Origin: an uncultured virus (IMG/VR IMGVR_UViG_3300027969_000094)
Lineage: Duplodnaviria > Heunggongvirae > Uroviricota > Caudoviricetes
Strand: one strand, 5' to 3'
Length of the DNA stretch: 64,000 bases
IMG/VR virus record: IMGVR_UViG_3300027969_000094
This document shows positions 26,504-36,780 of the stretch, piece after piece (within the stretch, counting starts at the first letter, position 1; each line of letters starts with the position of its first letter). The translations under genes were made by a program, and so were the position numbers. The notes beneath the pieces were generated by a model. It did not search any database. It was not told where the DNA came from and saw only the letters and a program-made list of their open reading frames with translations.

Positions 26504-29500
26504 GGTTTAATGTCGTACGCTTCAAACGTATCAACAATATTACGCTTAATAATATTTTGCTGGAAGTTTAAGTCTTTTAATAATTCTGTTTTTTCTTTCG
26601 GTGACAGATCCATCATTCTAACTCTTTTAGCTTCTGCTCTCATAACGTTTATGGCTGGTAAACTTTTATCGTAAGTAGCCACTATAACTTCAGCTAAAGG
26701 ATTTTTATCCAAGTAATCTGCGTAACCTTCTGGGTTTGCTTTTTTGTACGTGTTTAATACTTCGCTTATCTTTTTAACTTTTTCTTCTACTTGTACAAAT
26801 TCTTTGTTATCTATATTAGACTTGGCTCCTATAAACGAACCTAAAAATGGTAGGTCTGTCTTAGGATTAAATTCTTTTTCTCCACTTACTAAATAAGCGC
26901 CAGAAACCATAGCGTCAATTATTTTTCCTATGCCGTCAGCGTAACTGTTAGTAAGAAAATAAATACTATTAGGAGACCAATCATAGTCACCATTTGTAGC
27001 GTTAAACAACGCTTTGGATATTATTTTATATGTCTCAGGAATGTGATCACCACCCATGTAAGCATCACCCATACGACGGTTAGAGTCTCCGTAAATCTGT
27101 TGTCCTAAACCATTCTTATTAACAACAAACTCAAGTACGGGTCTTGCAAAGCTTGGCATTGCAGAATCTAAAGCCCACAGTGCAGGGTTATCTCTAACAT
27201 CCATACGAGATACTGGGATTGGAATAAACGAATCTAAAGCAATGTTAGTTCCAATAGCAAACATAGCGTCGCCAAATGATTGGCGACCAAACCCTACAGC
27301 CGCTAATTGAGCGCCAGCCGCTGCAAACGCGCCCCAACCAAATCCCCAAGGCATCTGGAATGGCTTGTCAAAACCAGGAACATGGAACCTAGCAAATCTG
27401 GTCCATTTATTCATATCATCAACTAAAGTTTTGTTGCGTCCCATTTCGTCGTCGTCTGCCATCATATAAGACATCACGTAGAAAAGCGCACCTGCTGACA
27501 TCAACGTAGTAAACATATACCGAGAATTAGTACTCTTTTGTGCATAGTTCTTTTTAAAATCAGCTAACGCTTCAGGGTTTTCTGAAATACTTTTTGGTAA
27601 GTTTTTAATAGCTCTTTCAAGACTGTAAGGAAACGCTGGTATTAATGACTCAATAGCACGTAAAGCTCCAGTTGCAGACGGGCGGAAGAACATAAATACT
27701 GCACCTAACCCCTTACCATATTCGCCTACTTGCTCGAAGTTAGCTAAGTTTTTAGCAAATTCAGCTGCTTTAATAGACGCAGATTTTTCGTCCAGCTTGC
27801 CAACTTTTATGTAATTTTGTTTAGCAATACCATAGGCAATAGAACGGCTAGCAATCTCAAACATGTTAGTCCAACCGTCTATTAATTTATTTAACTGCCC
27901 TGCGTTACGCATTATCATGCCACGACCAAGTTCTTTTTCAAGCTGTTTAAAGTTAGACTTAATAGTCATACCTTCTAGGTATTCAGTCATACCACCTTGA
28001 AGAATATACTCAGCCATGTTTCTAATGTCGGGGTCTTTTGTAGTTTTGGCTAAGTGTTTTAATAACCCTAGATTTTTAGAGTCATACAGTTTTGCCACTT
28101 TATAAGCTTTACCAAGAACACCACGTGCACTAACTTTTTCTGCTACTTCTGAAATAAATCTAGCTGACTCTTTTAATCCCATGTCAGCACCGATAGCCCA
28201 AGCGTTGGTCAATGCGTCACGAACAAAGTTTAATGGAGCAAAGTTGTAGTTGTAGCGGGTGTGCATTTGACCTAATCCGCTAGTAATTTTATTAGCTATG
28301 TCAGTAACAACCCATGTATCTTTATACGTGCTACGGATAGAATTAAGTAGCCGTGGGTCCATAATTTGAATAACGTCCATGCTACCGTCAGGGTTCATAC
28401 TAAAAATAGTATGTTCTGTAGGCAATGCTTTTATAGCATCTGGAGTGCGTTCTTCAAAAGTTAAAGTTTTAATTACTTCAGCTTCTATATGGCCTTGACC
28501 ATTAGGGTTATATTTATTAGCTTTAGAGGCATTCTTAATAGCTAAACCTAAGTCTTTTCTGCCAGCACGACCAGCTGCCTTAACTGCGTCAGACATTGAT
28601 TGCAATATTGGATTAAATGAAACGCTACTACGTCCATCCATTGACTGTGGTACGTCTTGCATTTCTTTACCACCGCCCATATCGTCAAAGTTAAAACCTT
28701 CGTCCACTTTACTTTTTTTATCAACACCTTTTAAAGGTACATAGTTTTCAAACCCGTAGAAGTTTACAAAATTTGAAACTTTATCTGACCAATAATTACC
28801 TTCTTTATTAAGTTCAATTGTAGCGTTATGTATTTCTTTAATAGAATCAATAATGTCGTCTAATATTTCTTTGTGCGGGCTATTCTTGTAATCTTTAATT
28901 TTTGCTCTTGCAGCTTGTGCGCTTAAACCTGTAGCGTTGTATATTACTGCGTCTGGGTCAATACTATTAGCCAACGCTTCTGGTGTTACAGTTTTAATTT
29001 GTTCAGCGCTTAGGTCAGCAAGTGGGTCAACGTATTTATTGTTAATTACTCTTTTGCCTGTAGTTGAGTCTATTGCAATATTACCGTTTGCGTCGCGCAT
29101 AAAAATCATAGAGTCTAACTCGTACCTAAGTTTTTTAACTTGGTCTTCACTCAATGTTTTTTGTTTGAGTAGATCTGTAATTTCTTTTCTGCGGTCAGCA
29201 GCTGTAATGGTGTTGTTTCTAAGGTTTTTATTTTTATTATCTAAAGGCACCTTTAGAATGAACTTAACCATATTACGTTCTTCAGTATGCAAAGCTTCTA
29301 ACATCTGATGTAAATAGTTAAGCGACTCTTTTAAATCGAAACCAGTTGCCTTTCTAAAATCAAAAAGACCTTTGCTCAACACTTCATACGGACCTTGAAT
29401 CATTGAATTAAAATAATTTTTAGCCAAGCCAGACGCTAAAGTTAACTGAGTGTAAAAATTATTAATTCTTGGACCAGTGTATTCTAGTACACCAGCTAAA

Positions 29501-32500
29501 TCCATTTGATCTTGTCTGTATTTTGCTTCGTAACGTTTGTTTACCAACGCACGAACAACGTCTCTTAAACCTTTTGCAGTAAATAACATGTCTTTAAAAT
29601 ATTTTAAAGTTTTAGGTTGTTGGTCTGGTGGTAAATCATACTGTTTATTTTTAACGTCAATAGTTTCTTCTTGGCGTAATTCTTTTTCTGTGACTGGAGG
29701 CGCAGCTGTGGCGTAAGAAACTTCTGCGCCAGCAAACTCAGTTGGAATAGCAGCGATTCTAGACAAGTCTTCTAGAAGCTCTTTAAATACTATGTATTCA
29801 TCTGGTCTATTAAACTGCCCTAAACCTAACGCCTCAGCTACGTTAGAGATAATTCTTTGAAATAGATTTTTGTTTTCTTCTCTAGTTTTATAAGTCTTTG
29901 TAGGTCCAACAGATACATACTGCCTTTCCTTATCCATATCCATTGTGCGCAAATCAGATTGAAATGCAGAATTACCCCAAAACTCAGCAATGAATTCTTT
30001 CATTGTTCCAATGTCGTATTTCTTACCTAACTTATCTTTTACATAACGGTAGTTATTGTCAAGGCGATTAAGTGCATTCTCTACAGCTTTGCGATCAGCT
30101 GCGTTTTTAATAGACGCTAAGTAATTTTTGCGATTGTCTATTATGTGGTCATTTAAATAGTGCCCTACCTCGTGCATTACTACTTCAGCAAGGGGGCGTT
30201 TACCTGTATATACATTTGCTTCGCCTTTTACAGTAATGACATTATTAGACGGATCAAACTTACCATCTTTGCCATCTTCTACTTCACCAAAACGAATCTG
30301 TAAATTCTTTGCTTTCTCACCTTGTTTAACTTTTTTATTAATGCCGCCAAACAATTTAATTAGCTGCGTAAATATTTTTGCGTTAGTTCTAGTAGCTCTA
30401 TCATTTAAAGTTGAGTCAGAAATATTTTTAATAGCGTCTGATACATTGTTAGCTTTAATATTAGCTTCAAGCGCAGTTACTAACTTAGACTTAGCAGGGG
30501 CTTCTTTTTCTTTTTTTTCCGCTTTCTTAGGTAGCACTTTTTCAGCTGCTTTATTAAATTCTTTTAACTCTTTAGTTAATTGTGTTTCAGCAGCAGCTTC
30601 TTGTTCGATGCCCTGTTGAGCTTCTGTTTCTCGTTTAGCGTCAGCTTCTTTTTTAAGCGTTGCCAATTCTTGAGATAACTCATCAGCTGTAACAGATATT
30701 TTGTCTTCTTTTTCTAATTTAAGTTTGCGCTCGTCGGCATCAGTAGTCTGTTCTTTTCTACTTAACTTAGATACTATTTCTTGTTCAAGAGCTTTTCTAG
30801 CAATAATGTTAACTTTGGCTTGCTGCAACATATCCAACTTGCCAAGGAATGTGTTCCTAACGTCAGCGTGTTCTTCTCTAGACGTACGTTCTTCTTTAAT
30901 AATTTGTTTTTTGTTAGCATGCTCAAGGTAAAGCTCAACTAACTCTTTTGGAGTCATAAACTCAAGCGGACTTCCAGCATCGTATAGTGGGATGCTCGAA
31001 ACTAAACTAGTAATACGTTTGTTTGTGTATTTTTTACCTGTCTCTTTATCTACTTTGCCAGTTAACTCTTCGCGCATTTGTTCGCGCTTAGCGTTTTGTT
31101 CTTTGTTCTTTTTAGCAACAATAGATTTAAGTTTAGGTATTACGCCCATTTTTTGGGCAACAGTATCGTAAGTATCAAAAGCAATCTCGTGCCCTGCATA
31201 CTGGATTGCGTTGTCAATATCTTTAGGTGCAGCTGCGCCGTAGTAACTAGGAGTCTCTAAATAGTTTTGTGTAGCTGGAGCAGCTTTAGCGGTTTTAGTT
31301 TTTTTAGGTTTTTCTTCAACAACTTCTACAGGTGTTTTTTCTACAACTGTTTCTGTAGGTGCTTCTTCTACAACCGTTTCTACAGGTGCTTCTTCTACAA
31401 CTGTTTCTGTAGGGGCTTCTTCTACAACTTGTTCTTCAGCTAATCTAGCTTCTTCATCTAATCTAAATTGTTCAGCAGCTGCGGCGGCTTTAGCTTCTTG
31501 GTCGGCTAATGCTTGTTCGTCAATTACTTCTACACCAGCAAGTTCGTTAATTAAATCTTGAGACTGATTAGTTTCTGCGCCCCATTTTTCTACAAGCTCA
31601 GGAAAATCAGAAGTTTCAGCATCTTCTGGTAAATTAATACCGTTTTGAGACGCCCACCCAAAAAATGATTTAACTGGGTCTAGTGCAGACTGCTGTGTTC
31701 CCGCTCCGTCTTGAGGTGCTGATTCAAGACTTTGATCGCCGTCCACTCTAGGTCGTCCAAGTCCAACTCCTGTAGTTCCATCGGCGGATATATCTTCTCT
31801 GGGTTCTCCAGATATTCCAGCGCCATCTCCACTTGCTGGAGCGTTAGTCTGTTGAATAGCATCTTGGCCTCCTAATTTAGCTTTTAGTATAGCTATTGCG
31901 TTTACGTTTGAAGTGCCGACTGGAATAGTTATTCCTGCGGCTTTAGCTATTTGCCTATATTCAGATTGCGTAACTTTGTGTCCAGCATCAACCGCAGCCA
32001 AATAAGATGGTAAGTCTGTAAATGTAGTAGCTTGTTTAGCTACAGTTTGTTTTGCAGGGATAGGCGCACCAGCTTTTAAAGCCTCTAATTCTTTTCTTTC
32101 TTTTGCTTGTGTAATAGCAGCGGCTTTAGGATTACCATGTGTGCCAGCATCTAGTTTAGCTTGACGTGTAGCAATAGACTCTTCTAATTTAGTAACCCTA
32201 GTTGCTTTTTCTTCATCAGATAGTATGTCAAACGTTTCTTCTTTTTTAGCAGCAAGCTCATCAGCTGTAAATTGAGTTGCATTGCCTGTATCGTCAAGAA
32301 CACTTTTTAGCCTGTAGTCAGTTTCTTCAACGATAGGCGCTTGTTGTTCTTTACCTGCTTCTTTTTCTAAAAGTTTTTCTTTGTCAGCAGCTTTTTGTAA
32401 TTCTTTTACATCTAATTTTCCTTGCGCTGTTAAAGCTTCTTTGCCACCAGCTACAGAACCTAAACCTAGTCCAGCTAAACCTTCTAATGTTGCTTGCCCT

Positions 32501-33516
32501 ACAACGCCACGCATAGTAGGTACATCTAAACCTTCACGTTGCGCTGCAATATTTTGTGCTAGTTGTTCTTGACCAGCTTGACCAAATTCTGTAGCAAATT
32601 CTGTACCGCCAGTAATTGCACCTTGTTTTACAGCACCACGTTGCGCTGCTTTTTTAAGTCCTTCTTCAGCGACGTTACTAAGTTCTTGTTTTACAGCGGC
32701 TTTTGTTAAGATGCCTTTAGCCAACTGTCTAGCAATAGCGGGTTCAGCGCCTGTTGTAGCGCCAATACTACCAATAGCGGCGCCAGCCAAAATCATATCT
32801 AAGTTCTTACCGTTATAAGCTTGAGCTAGTTGTGCCCTTGCTTCTGCTTGGTCAGCAGGCATGTTTGTTTTACCTAGTTCATCTTTAACTGCTTCGTATA
32901 TAGAACCTTTAACAGTACCAGCGCCCATAGTCGAACCGACAGTAAGACCTGCAGCTATACCTGCAGCTGGCCCTAATACCGTAGCACCTAAACCAGCAAT
33001 AATAGCTGGTGCTGCTGTACCAAGTGCGTTAGAAAGAAAGTCAACAGGGGCTGTAGCCATTGCTTGAACCGCAGCTTTAACTTGGTCAAGTGCCCCTTTG
33101 TCTTCAGCTTCTTTCATGATGCGAGCAATTTCTTTTGAGTCTTGTTTAGACTGAGCGCTCATTAAGTTAGCAAGGTAATCTTCTGCACCTTTTAAAGTCT
33201 TACCTGTATCACTACCAGCACCAAATGCGTCGGCAATCATTCTAACGCCTGATACTGCGCCCTTACCTATCTGTAAAGGCACGTCAGCAATTCCTCTAAG
33301 CGTAGAAAAACTTTCTGGAGCCGCAGCTGGAGCTGGAGCAACTTTTGCCGAAGGAGGGCCTTTCATTAGGGTGTCAAGAATAACGTCGTCAGATGCCCCT
33401 GCTTGCCTTGCACCTGCTACATCAAAGCCTAACTTTTGACCTAAAAAATTATTTATTTCAGCGTCACTAGCTCCAGCTCTTCTTGCACCCTCTATATCAA
33501 AAGGTAGGTTCGCCAT
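26500..33516 (-). CDS. Giant internal virion/ejection protein, polyvalent-like (zincin HExxH domain, LPD38-like C-terminus)
   Basis: 2338 aa; VMHEVGHYL...EFIAE; position at the end of the structural arm. Confidence 0.7.
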   Translation of the reverse strand: MANLPFDIEGARRAGASDAEINNFLGQKLGFDVAGARQAGASDDVILDTLMKGPPSAKVAPAPAAAPESFSTLRGIADVPLQIGKGAVSGVRMIADAFGAGSDTGKTLKGAEDYLANLMSAQSKQDSKEIARIMKEAEDKGALDQVKAAVQAMATAPVDFLSNALGTAAPAIIAGLGATVLGPAAGIAAGLTVGSTMGAGTVKGSIYEAVKDELGKTNMPADQAEARAQLAQAYNGKNLDMILAGAAIGSIGATTGAEPAIARQLAKGILTKAAVKQELSNVAEEGLKKAAQRGAVKQGAITGGTEFATEFGQAGQEQLAQNIAAQREGLDVPTMRGVVGQATLEGLAGLGLGSVAGGKEALTAQGKLDVKELQKAADKEKLLEKEAGKEQQAPIVEETDYRLKSVLDDTGNATQFTADELAAKKEETFDILSDEEKATRVTKLEESIATRQAKLDAGTHGNPKAAAITQAKERKELEALKAGAPIPAKQTVAKQATTFTDLPSYLAAVDAGHKVTQSEYRQIAKAAGITIPVGTSNVNAIAILKAKLGGQDAIQQTNAPASGDGAGISGEPREDISADGTTGVGLGRPRVDGDQSLESAPQDGAGTQQSALDPVKSFFGWASQNGINLPEDAETSDFPELVEKWGAETNQSQDLINELAGVEVIDEQALADQEAKAAAAAEQFRLDEEARLAEEQVVEEAPTETVVEEAPVETVVEEAPTETVVEKTPVEVVEEKPKKTKTAKAAPATQNYLETPSYYGAAAPKDIDNAIQYAGHEIAFDTYDTVAQKMGVIPKLKSIVAKKNKEQNAKREQMREELTGKVDKETGKKYTNKRITSLVSSIPLYDAGSPLEFMTPKELVELYLEHANKKQIIKEERTSREEHADVRNTFLGKLDMLQQAKVNIIARKALEQEIVSKLSRKEQTTDADERKLKLEKEDKISVTADELSQELATLKKEADAKRETEAQQGIEQEAAAETQLTKELKEFNKAAEKVLPKKAEKKEKEAPAKSKLVTALEANIKANNVSDAIKNISDSTLNDRATRTNAKIFTQLIKLFGGINKKVKQGEKAKNLQIRFGEVEDGKDGKFDPSNNVITVKGEANVYTGKRPLAEVVMHEVGHYLNDHIIDNRKNYLASIKNAADRKAVENALNRLDNNYRYVKDKLGKKYDIGTMKEFIAEFWGNSAFQSDLRTMDMDKERQYVSVGPTKTYKTREENKNLFQRIISNVAEALGLGQFNRPDEYIVFKELLEDLSRIAAIPTEFAGAEVSYATAAPPVTEKELRQEETIDVKNKQYDLPPDQQPKTLKYFKDMLFTAKGLRDVVRALVNKRYEAKYRQDQMDLAGVLEYTGPRINNFYTQLTLASGLAKNYFNSMIQGPYEVLSKGLFDFRKATGFDLKESLNYLHQMLEALHTEERNMVKFILKVPLDNKNKNLRNNTITAADRRKEITDLLKQKTLSEDQVKKLRYELDSMIFMRDANGNIAIDSTTGKRVINNKYVDPLADLSAEQIKTVTPEALANSIDPDAVIYNATGLSAQAARAKIKDYKNSPHKEILDDIIDSIKEIHNATIELNKEGNYWSDKVSNFVNFYGFENYVPLKGVDKKSKVDEGFNFDDMGGGKEMQDVPQSMDGRSSVSFNPILQSMSDAVKAAGRAGRKDLGLAIKNASKANKYNPNGQGHIEAEVIKTLTFEERTPDAIKALPTEHTIFSMNPDGSMDVIQIMDPRLLNSIRSTYKDTWVVTDIANKITSGLGQMHTRYNYNFAPLNFVRDALTNAWAIGADMGLKESARFISEVAEKVSARGVLGKAYKVAKLYDSKNLGLLKHLAKTTKDPDIRNMAEYILQGGMTEYLEGMTIKSNFKQLEKELGRGMIMRNAGQLNKLIDGWTNMFEIASRSIAYGIAKQNYIKVGKLDEKSASIKAAEFAKNLANFEQVGEYGKGLGAVFMFFRPSATGALRAIESLIPAFPYSLERAIKNLPKSISENPEALADFKKNYAQKSTNSRYMFTTLMSAGALFYVMSYMMADDDEMGRNKTLVDDMNKWTRFARFHVPGFDKPFQMPWGFGWGAFAAAGAQLAAVGFGRQSFGDAMFAIGTNIALDSFIPIPVSRMDVRDNPALWALDSAMPSFARPVLEFVVNKNGLGQQIYGDSNRRMGDAYMGGDHIPETYKIISKALFNATNGDYDWSPNSIYFLTNSYADGIGKIIDAMVSGAYLVSGEKEFNPKTDLPFLGSFIGAKSNIDNKEFVQVEEKVKKISEVLNTYKKANPEGYADYLDKNPLAEVIVATYDKSLPAINVMRAEAKRVRMMDLSPKEKTELLKDLNFQQNIIKRNIVDTFEAYDIKP
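31312..31428 (-). repeat. 27-bp in-frame tandem repeat (VVEEAP[T/V]ET x ~4)
   Basis: Visible in DNA and protein. Confidence 0.85.
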
Positions 33517-36351
33517 TTATATTGGATTCCCTTGTTTCCAAAAACTGTTTAAATCAACGCCACTAGACTCACCAGACGAAGTAGTAGGCATTCCTTTATT
33601 TTGTTTAAAGAACTCAATGTTATTTCTAAGTTCTTTTTCACGACTTTCACGTTTATTGATTGTTGCCAAAGATTCTTCGTAACGTTTCTTTTTAGCTTCG
33701 TCAAACTTACCAGCTTCATAATCTGCTTTGCCAGCTTTAACAATTGCTTTAGCACTAGAGTATTCAGACCCAAATTTATTGTTATCTGCAAGGTGTTTAT
33801 CAAGCGCGTTTTCAGCTTCTTGAACAGTTTTAAAACCACCTTTACTACCAGCAGCTTCAACTTTACCAGCTTGATTAATTTTAGCAACTTCAAGTGCTCT
33901 CTTATCAGTCAAACGAGCAGATAAGAAATTTAATTCATCACCGTAAGTTTTTCTTCCTTCTTTACCTAAATCACTCTTAAGCTTAGCAGCTTCGTCCCAA
34001 GCGCCAGCTTTTTCTAGACGGTCAGCTTTATCTAATCCAGCAATATCTTTGTTAATAGCTCTGCGAATCTCGGCTTCTTTTCTTGAATCACTAACAATAC
34101 TAGGAACTTTTTCTTTAAGCGCAGTTAAACCAGCGGCAATAGTGCTACCAGGTCTTGAACCCCAATCAGCAAAAAACTCAGCAAAACGTAATGATTGTGT
34201 GCGGCGAGCTTCGTCTTTAGCGTTAGCGCGTTCTGCCATTAGTCCTGCACGTTCTTCTTTTCTAACATCTGGACCTAAGAACGCTAATTTTTCTTTAGCT
34301 ATTTCTGATACAGACATCTTAGCGTATGGGTCTTCAGCAGGACGTTCTAAACCAAATTCTGCTGCTATTGAACCGCCTGGAGTTTTAGTGCCAGTAGTAG
34401 CAGGAACAACTGGGGTAACGGCGGTCGCAGGCGCAGCAGCTTTAATACCAGCAGGTTTACCTATTTTATATTCAGGACCAAGTTTAGCTGCGTCTTCTGG
34501 TGAACTAATAGACGTTGGAGCTTTTTTATCTGTAGTAAGTGTTTTACCCTCAATAGCCGCAAAGAATTTAGCTTTTTGGTCTTCTGATAAATCAGCAAAT
34601 GTTTTAGCTTGTGGGCCTTTACGTTTAGCACCGCTTTCTATTAGATCTTGTTGTAATTTTTGTTTAGCAACATCTTCTTCAAAACTTAACCCAGTACCAG
34701 CAAGATTCTGACGAGTGATTCCTTGCGCTACTTTACTATCTGGGTTTAAAAATTGTTTTCTATCAGTAGCGCCTTCTACGTACTGAAGATTTTTAGGCAT
34801 ATTTTTATTGCCACCTTCTAGTAAAGCAGCGTCAATCTGAGCTTGGCGTACCAAAGCTGGATTAGCACGTTCTACTGGGGCTTCTACAACTGGAGCTGCG
34901 GCTGGAGCAGCTTGAACAATAGAGCGTTCAACGTATGGTTTAGGTTCTTGTTTAAAAGAATTCATCACTGCAGCGTCACGATAGGCTTTAGCAACTGCAG
35001 CTGGGTCTTCTTTAACTAAACTTTGATTGTTCTCATCAGTAGAATCTTTAAATGCAATAATGCCACCACCAGCTAAACCCATGCGTTTTTCTTTAGCGAT
35101 TGCACTAGCCAAACGTTTAATAGTAGGGCTAGTAGAACTCTTAGCACGTTTTTCTAACTCTTCTAATGGCAAATCGTACAAGTCAGACTTAGTGCTTTCA
35201 ACAACGTCACCTTCGTAATAAGACTTGATACCAGTACTCTTAAACTCACTGGGAAGGCCACCCTCCTTACCACCTTTAAGCGCGTTATATAAAGATGCAC
35301 CAGCACCAGCAGCGCCAATGCCTTGCGTAAGAGCATTAGGAGCAGCTTGATATTGGTTAGTGGTAGACGCTTGCATTGGGAGACCACGAAGCATGTTAGA
35401 CATAACACCCAACTGCATAAGTGGGTACTGTTGAGTATTAGCCCAGTCTTGCATAGCTTGGTTAATCTTCTGTTGTTCCATAGCTTGCTGTTGCTGACCC
35501 ATACCATACTGAGACTGAATAATGCCTTGTCTAGCAGCAAGTTCTTGACCACCTAACTGACCTAACTGAGCGCCCATAGCACCATATTGACCAAGACCTT
35601 GCATTGCACCTTGTTGTCCTTGCAAACCTAACTGAGCACCAAATTGTTGCTGTTTTTGTGCATCTTGGAACGCTTGTTGAGAACCTTGTGCTGTAATACC
35701 TTGTAACTGATTACCTAAAGAACGTTGAGCTTCTGCTTCCATTAAAGCTTGACGATTACCACCAAACGCACCTTGACCTACAGACTGAGCTTTACGTACT
35801 CCTTGACCAATATTATAGTCACGCAACGCTTGGGACTTTTGATAGTCAACAACGTTTTGCATGTAAGGCGACATATAACCTTGCATAGCATTGGGGTCTT
35901 GAGCTTGTTGTGCAAAGTTTTGACCAGCGCCAGCCATTTGCCCTGCTAAACCTAAAGAACCCATACCAGCCATGCCAGTCATTTGGGTAGCTTGACCATA
36001 CTGACTAGGAACGCCCAACTGCCCAGTAGCTTGTTGTGCTTGTTGTTGCAAGGGAGAGAACCCTGCTACGTAATCATTTACGTTAGTGCTATATGGTTGG
36101 TAAGGTTTAAACCCTGTAATCTCGTTACCATCCATATTAAACAATTGCTTCTGGGTAGCCCCAAGCATGTTCTCAACATACGGTTGAGCGTATTCTGGAA
36201 TATTAGTGTTGTACGTAGTACCTGTACTTTGCGTAGTGTTTCCACCGCCACCTTTACCACCTTCAAGTGTCATTCCATGAGCACCAAAACCACGACCTAA
36301 TCGTGGAGAAAAAGCCCGTTCAGGCAGAGTTGATTCTAAGTCGTATCTCAT
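33517..36351 (-). CDS. Internal virion/ejection protein
   Basis: 944 aa, Gln/Gly-rich N-terminal half, position. Confidence 0.65.
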   Translation of the reverse strand: MRYDLESTLPERAFSPRLGRGFGAHGMTLEGGKGGGGNTTQSTGTTYNTNIPEYAQPYVENMLGATQKQLFNMDGNEITGFKPYQPYSTNVNDYVAGFSPLQQQAQQATGQLGVPSQYGQATQMTGMAGMGSLGLAGQMAGAGQNFAQQAQDPNAMQGYMSPYMQNVVDYQKSQALRDYNIGQGVRKAQSVGQGAFGGNRQALMEAEAQRSLGNQLQGITAQGSQQAFQDAQKQQQFGAQLGLQGQQGAMQGLGQYGAMGAQLGQLGGQELAARQGIIQSQYGMGQQQQAMEQQKINQAMQDWANTQQYPLMQLGVMSNMLRGLPMQASTTNQYQAAPNALTQGIGAAGAGASLYNALKGGKEGGLPSEFKSTGIKSYYEGDVVESTKSDLYDLPLEELEKRAKSSTSPTIKRLASAIAKEKRMGLAGGGIIAFKDSTDENNQSLVKEDPAAVAKAYRDAAVMNSFKQEPKPYVERSIVQAAPAAAPVVEAPVERANPALVRQAQIDAALLEGGNKNMPKNLQYVEGATDRKQFLNPDSKVAQGITRQNLAGTGLSFEEDVAKQKLQQDLIESGAKRKGPQAKTFADLSEDQKAKFFAAIEGKTLTTDKKAPTSISSPEDAAKLGPEYKIGKPAGIKAAAPATAVTPVVPATTGTKTPGGSIAAEFGLERPAEDPYAKMSVSEIAKEKLAFLGPDVRKEERAGLMAERANAKDEARRTQSLRFAEFFADWGSRPGSTIAAGLTALKEKVPSIVSDSRKEAEIRRAINKDIAGLDKADRLEKAGAWDEAAKLKSDLGKEGRKTYGDELNFLSARLTDKRALEVAKINQAGKVEAAGSKGGFKTVQEAENALDKHLADNNKFGSEYSSAKAIVKAGKADYEAGKFDEAKKKRYEESLATINKRESREKELRNNIEFFKQNKGMPTTSSGESSGVDLNSFWKQGNPI

Positions 36352-36779
36352 TTTTTGCGTTCCTTAATCCACCTACAATCAGCTTTATCCATTTCAAAGA
36401 CTACAAGATCACCACCGCTATCATGCATTCCTGCAAATCTTATGGCTTCTTTAAACCCTAATTTTCGGTCATATTCCATAGCTCTAACATTATTACTATC
36501 TACAAGACCAAAAACCTTTTCTAACTTACAGTGATTAAATGGATAGTCAAAAGCACCAAACAAAAGACCTTTTGGGGTATACCCTCCTTTAAGATTAACC
36601 ATATGCATTTGGCATGTCTTTCCTATAAAAGCTGTATACCCTATAACCCATTCAATTTTATTCTCTTCACCTACCCAAAACAATGCCTGTAAATCACCGC
36701 AGGGTTGAACCCCCACTTCCTTAAGCAATATGTTTGCCGCTACATTTTTAGCTTCTAAAGACTGAGCGCTTTGTAACAT
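36348..36779 (-). CDS. GNAT-fold virion-assembly protein
   Basis: AFDYPF...GLV...N..A..Y..KLGF..A acetyltransferase-like pattern between ejection genes. Confidence 0.7.
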   Translation of the reverse strand: MLQSAQSLEAKNVAANILLKEVGVQPCGDLQALFWVGEENKIEWVIGYTAFIGKTCQMHMVNLKGGYTPKGLLFGAFDYPFNHCKLEKVFGLVDSNNVRAMEYDRKLGFKEAIRFAGMHDSGGDLVVFEMDKADCRWIKERKK

Positions 36780-36780
36780 A

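Noticed and set aside
28937..35949. Many + strand ORFs opposite the ejection genes
   Set aside because: Antisense shadows of long, codon-biased minus-strand genes; no RBS or recognisable motifs
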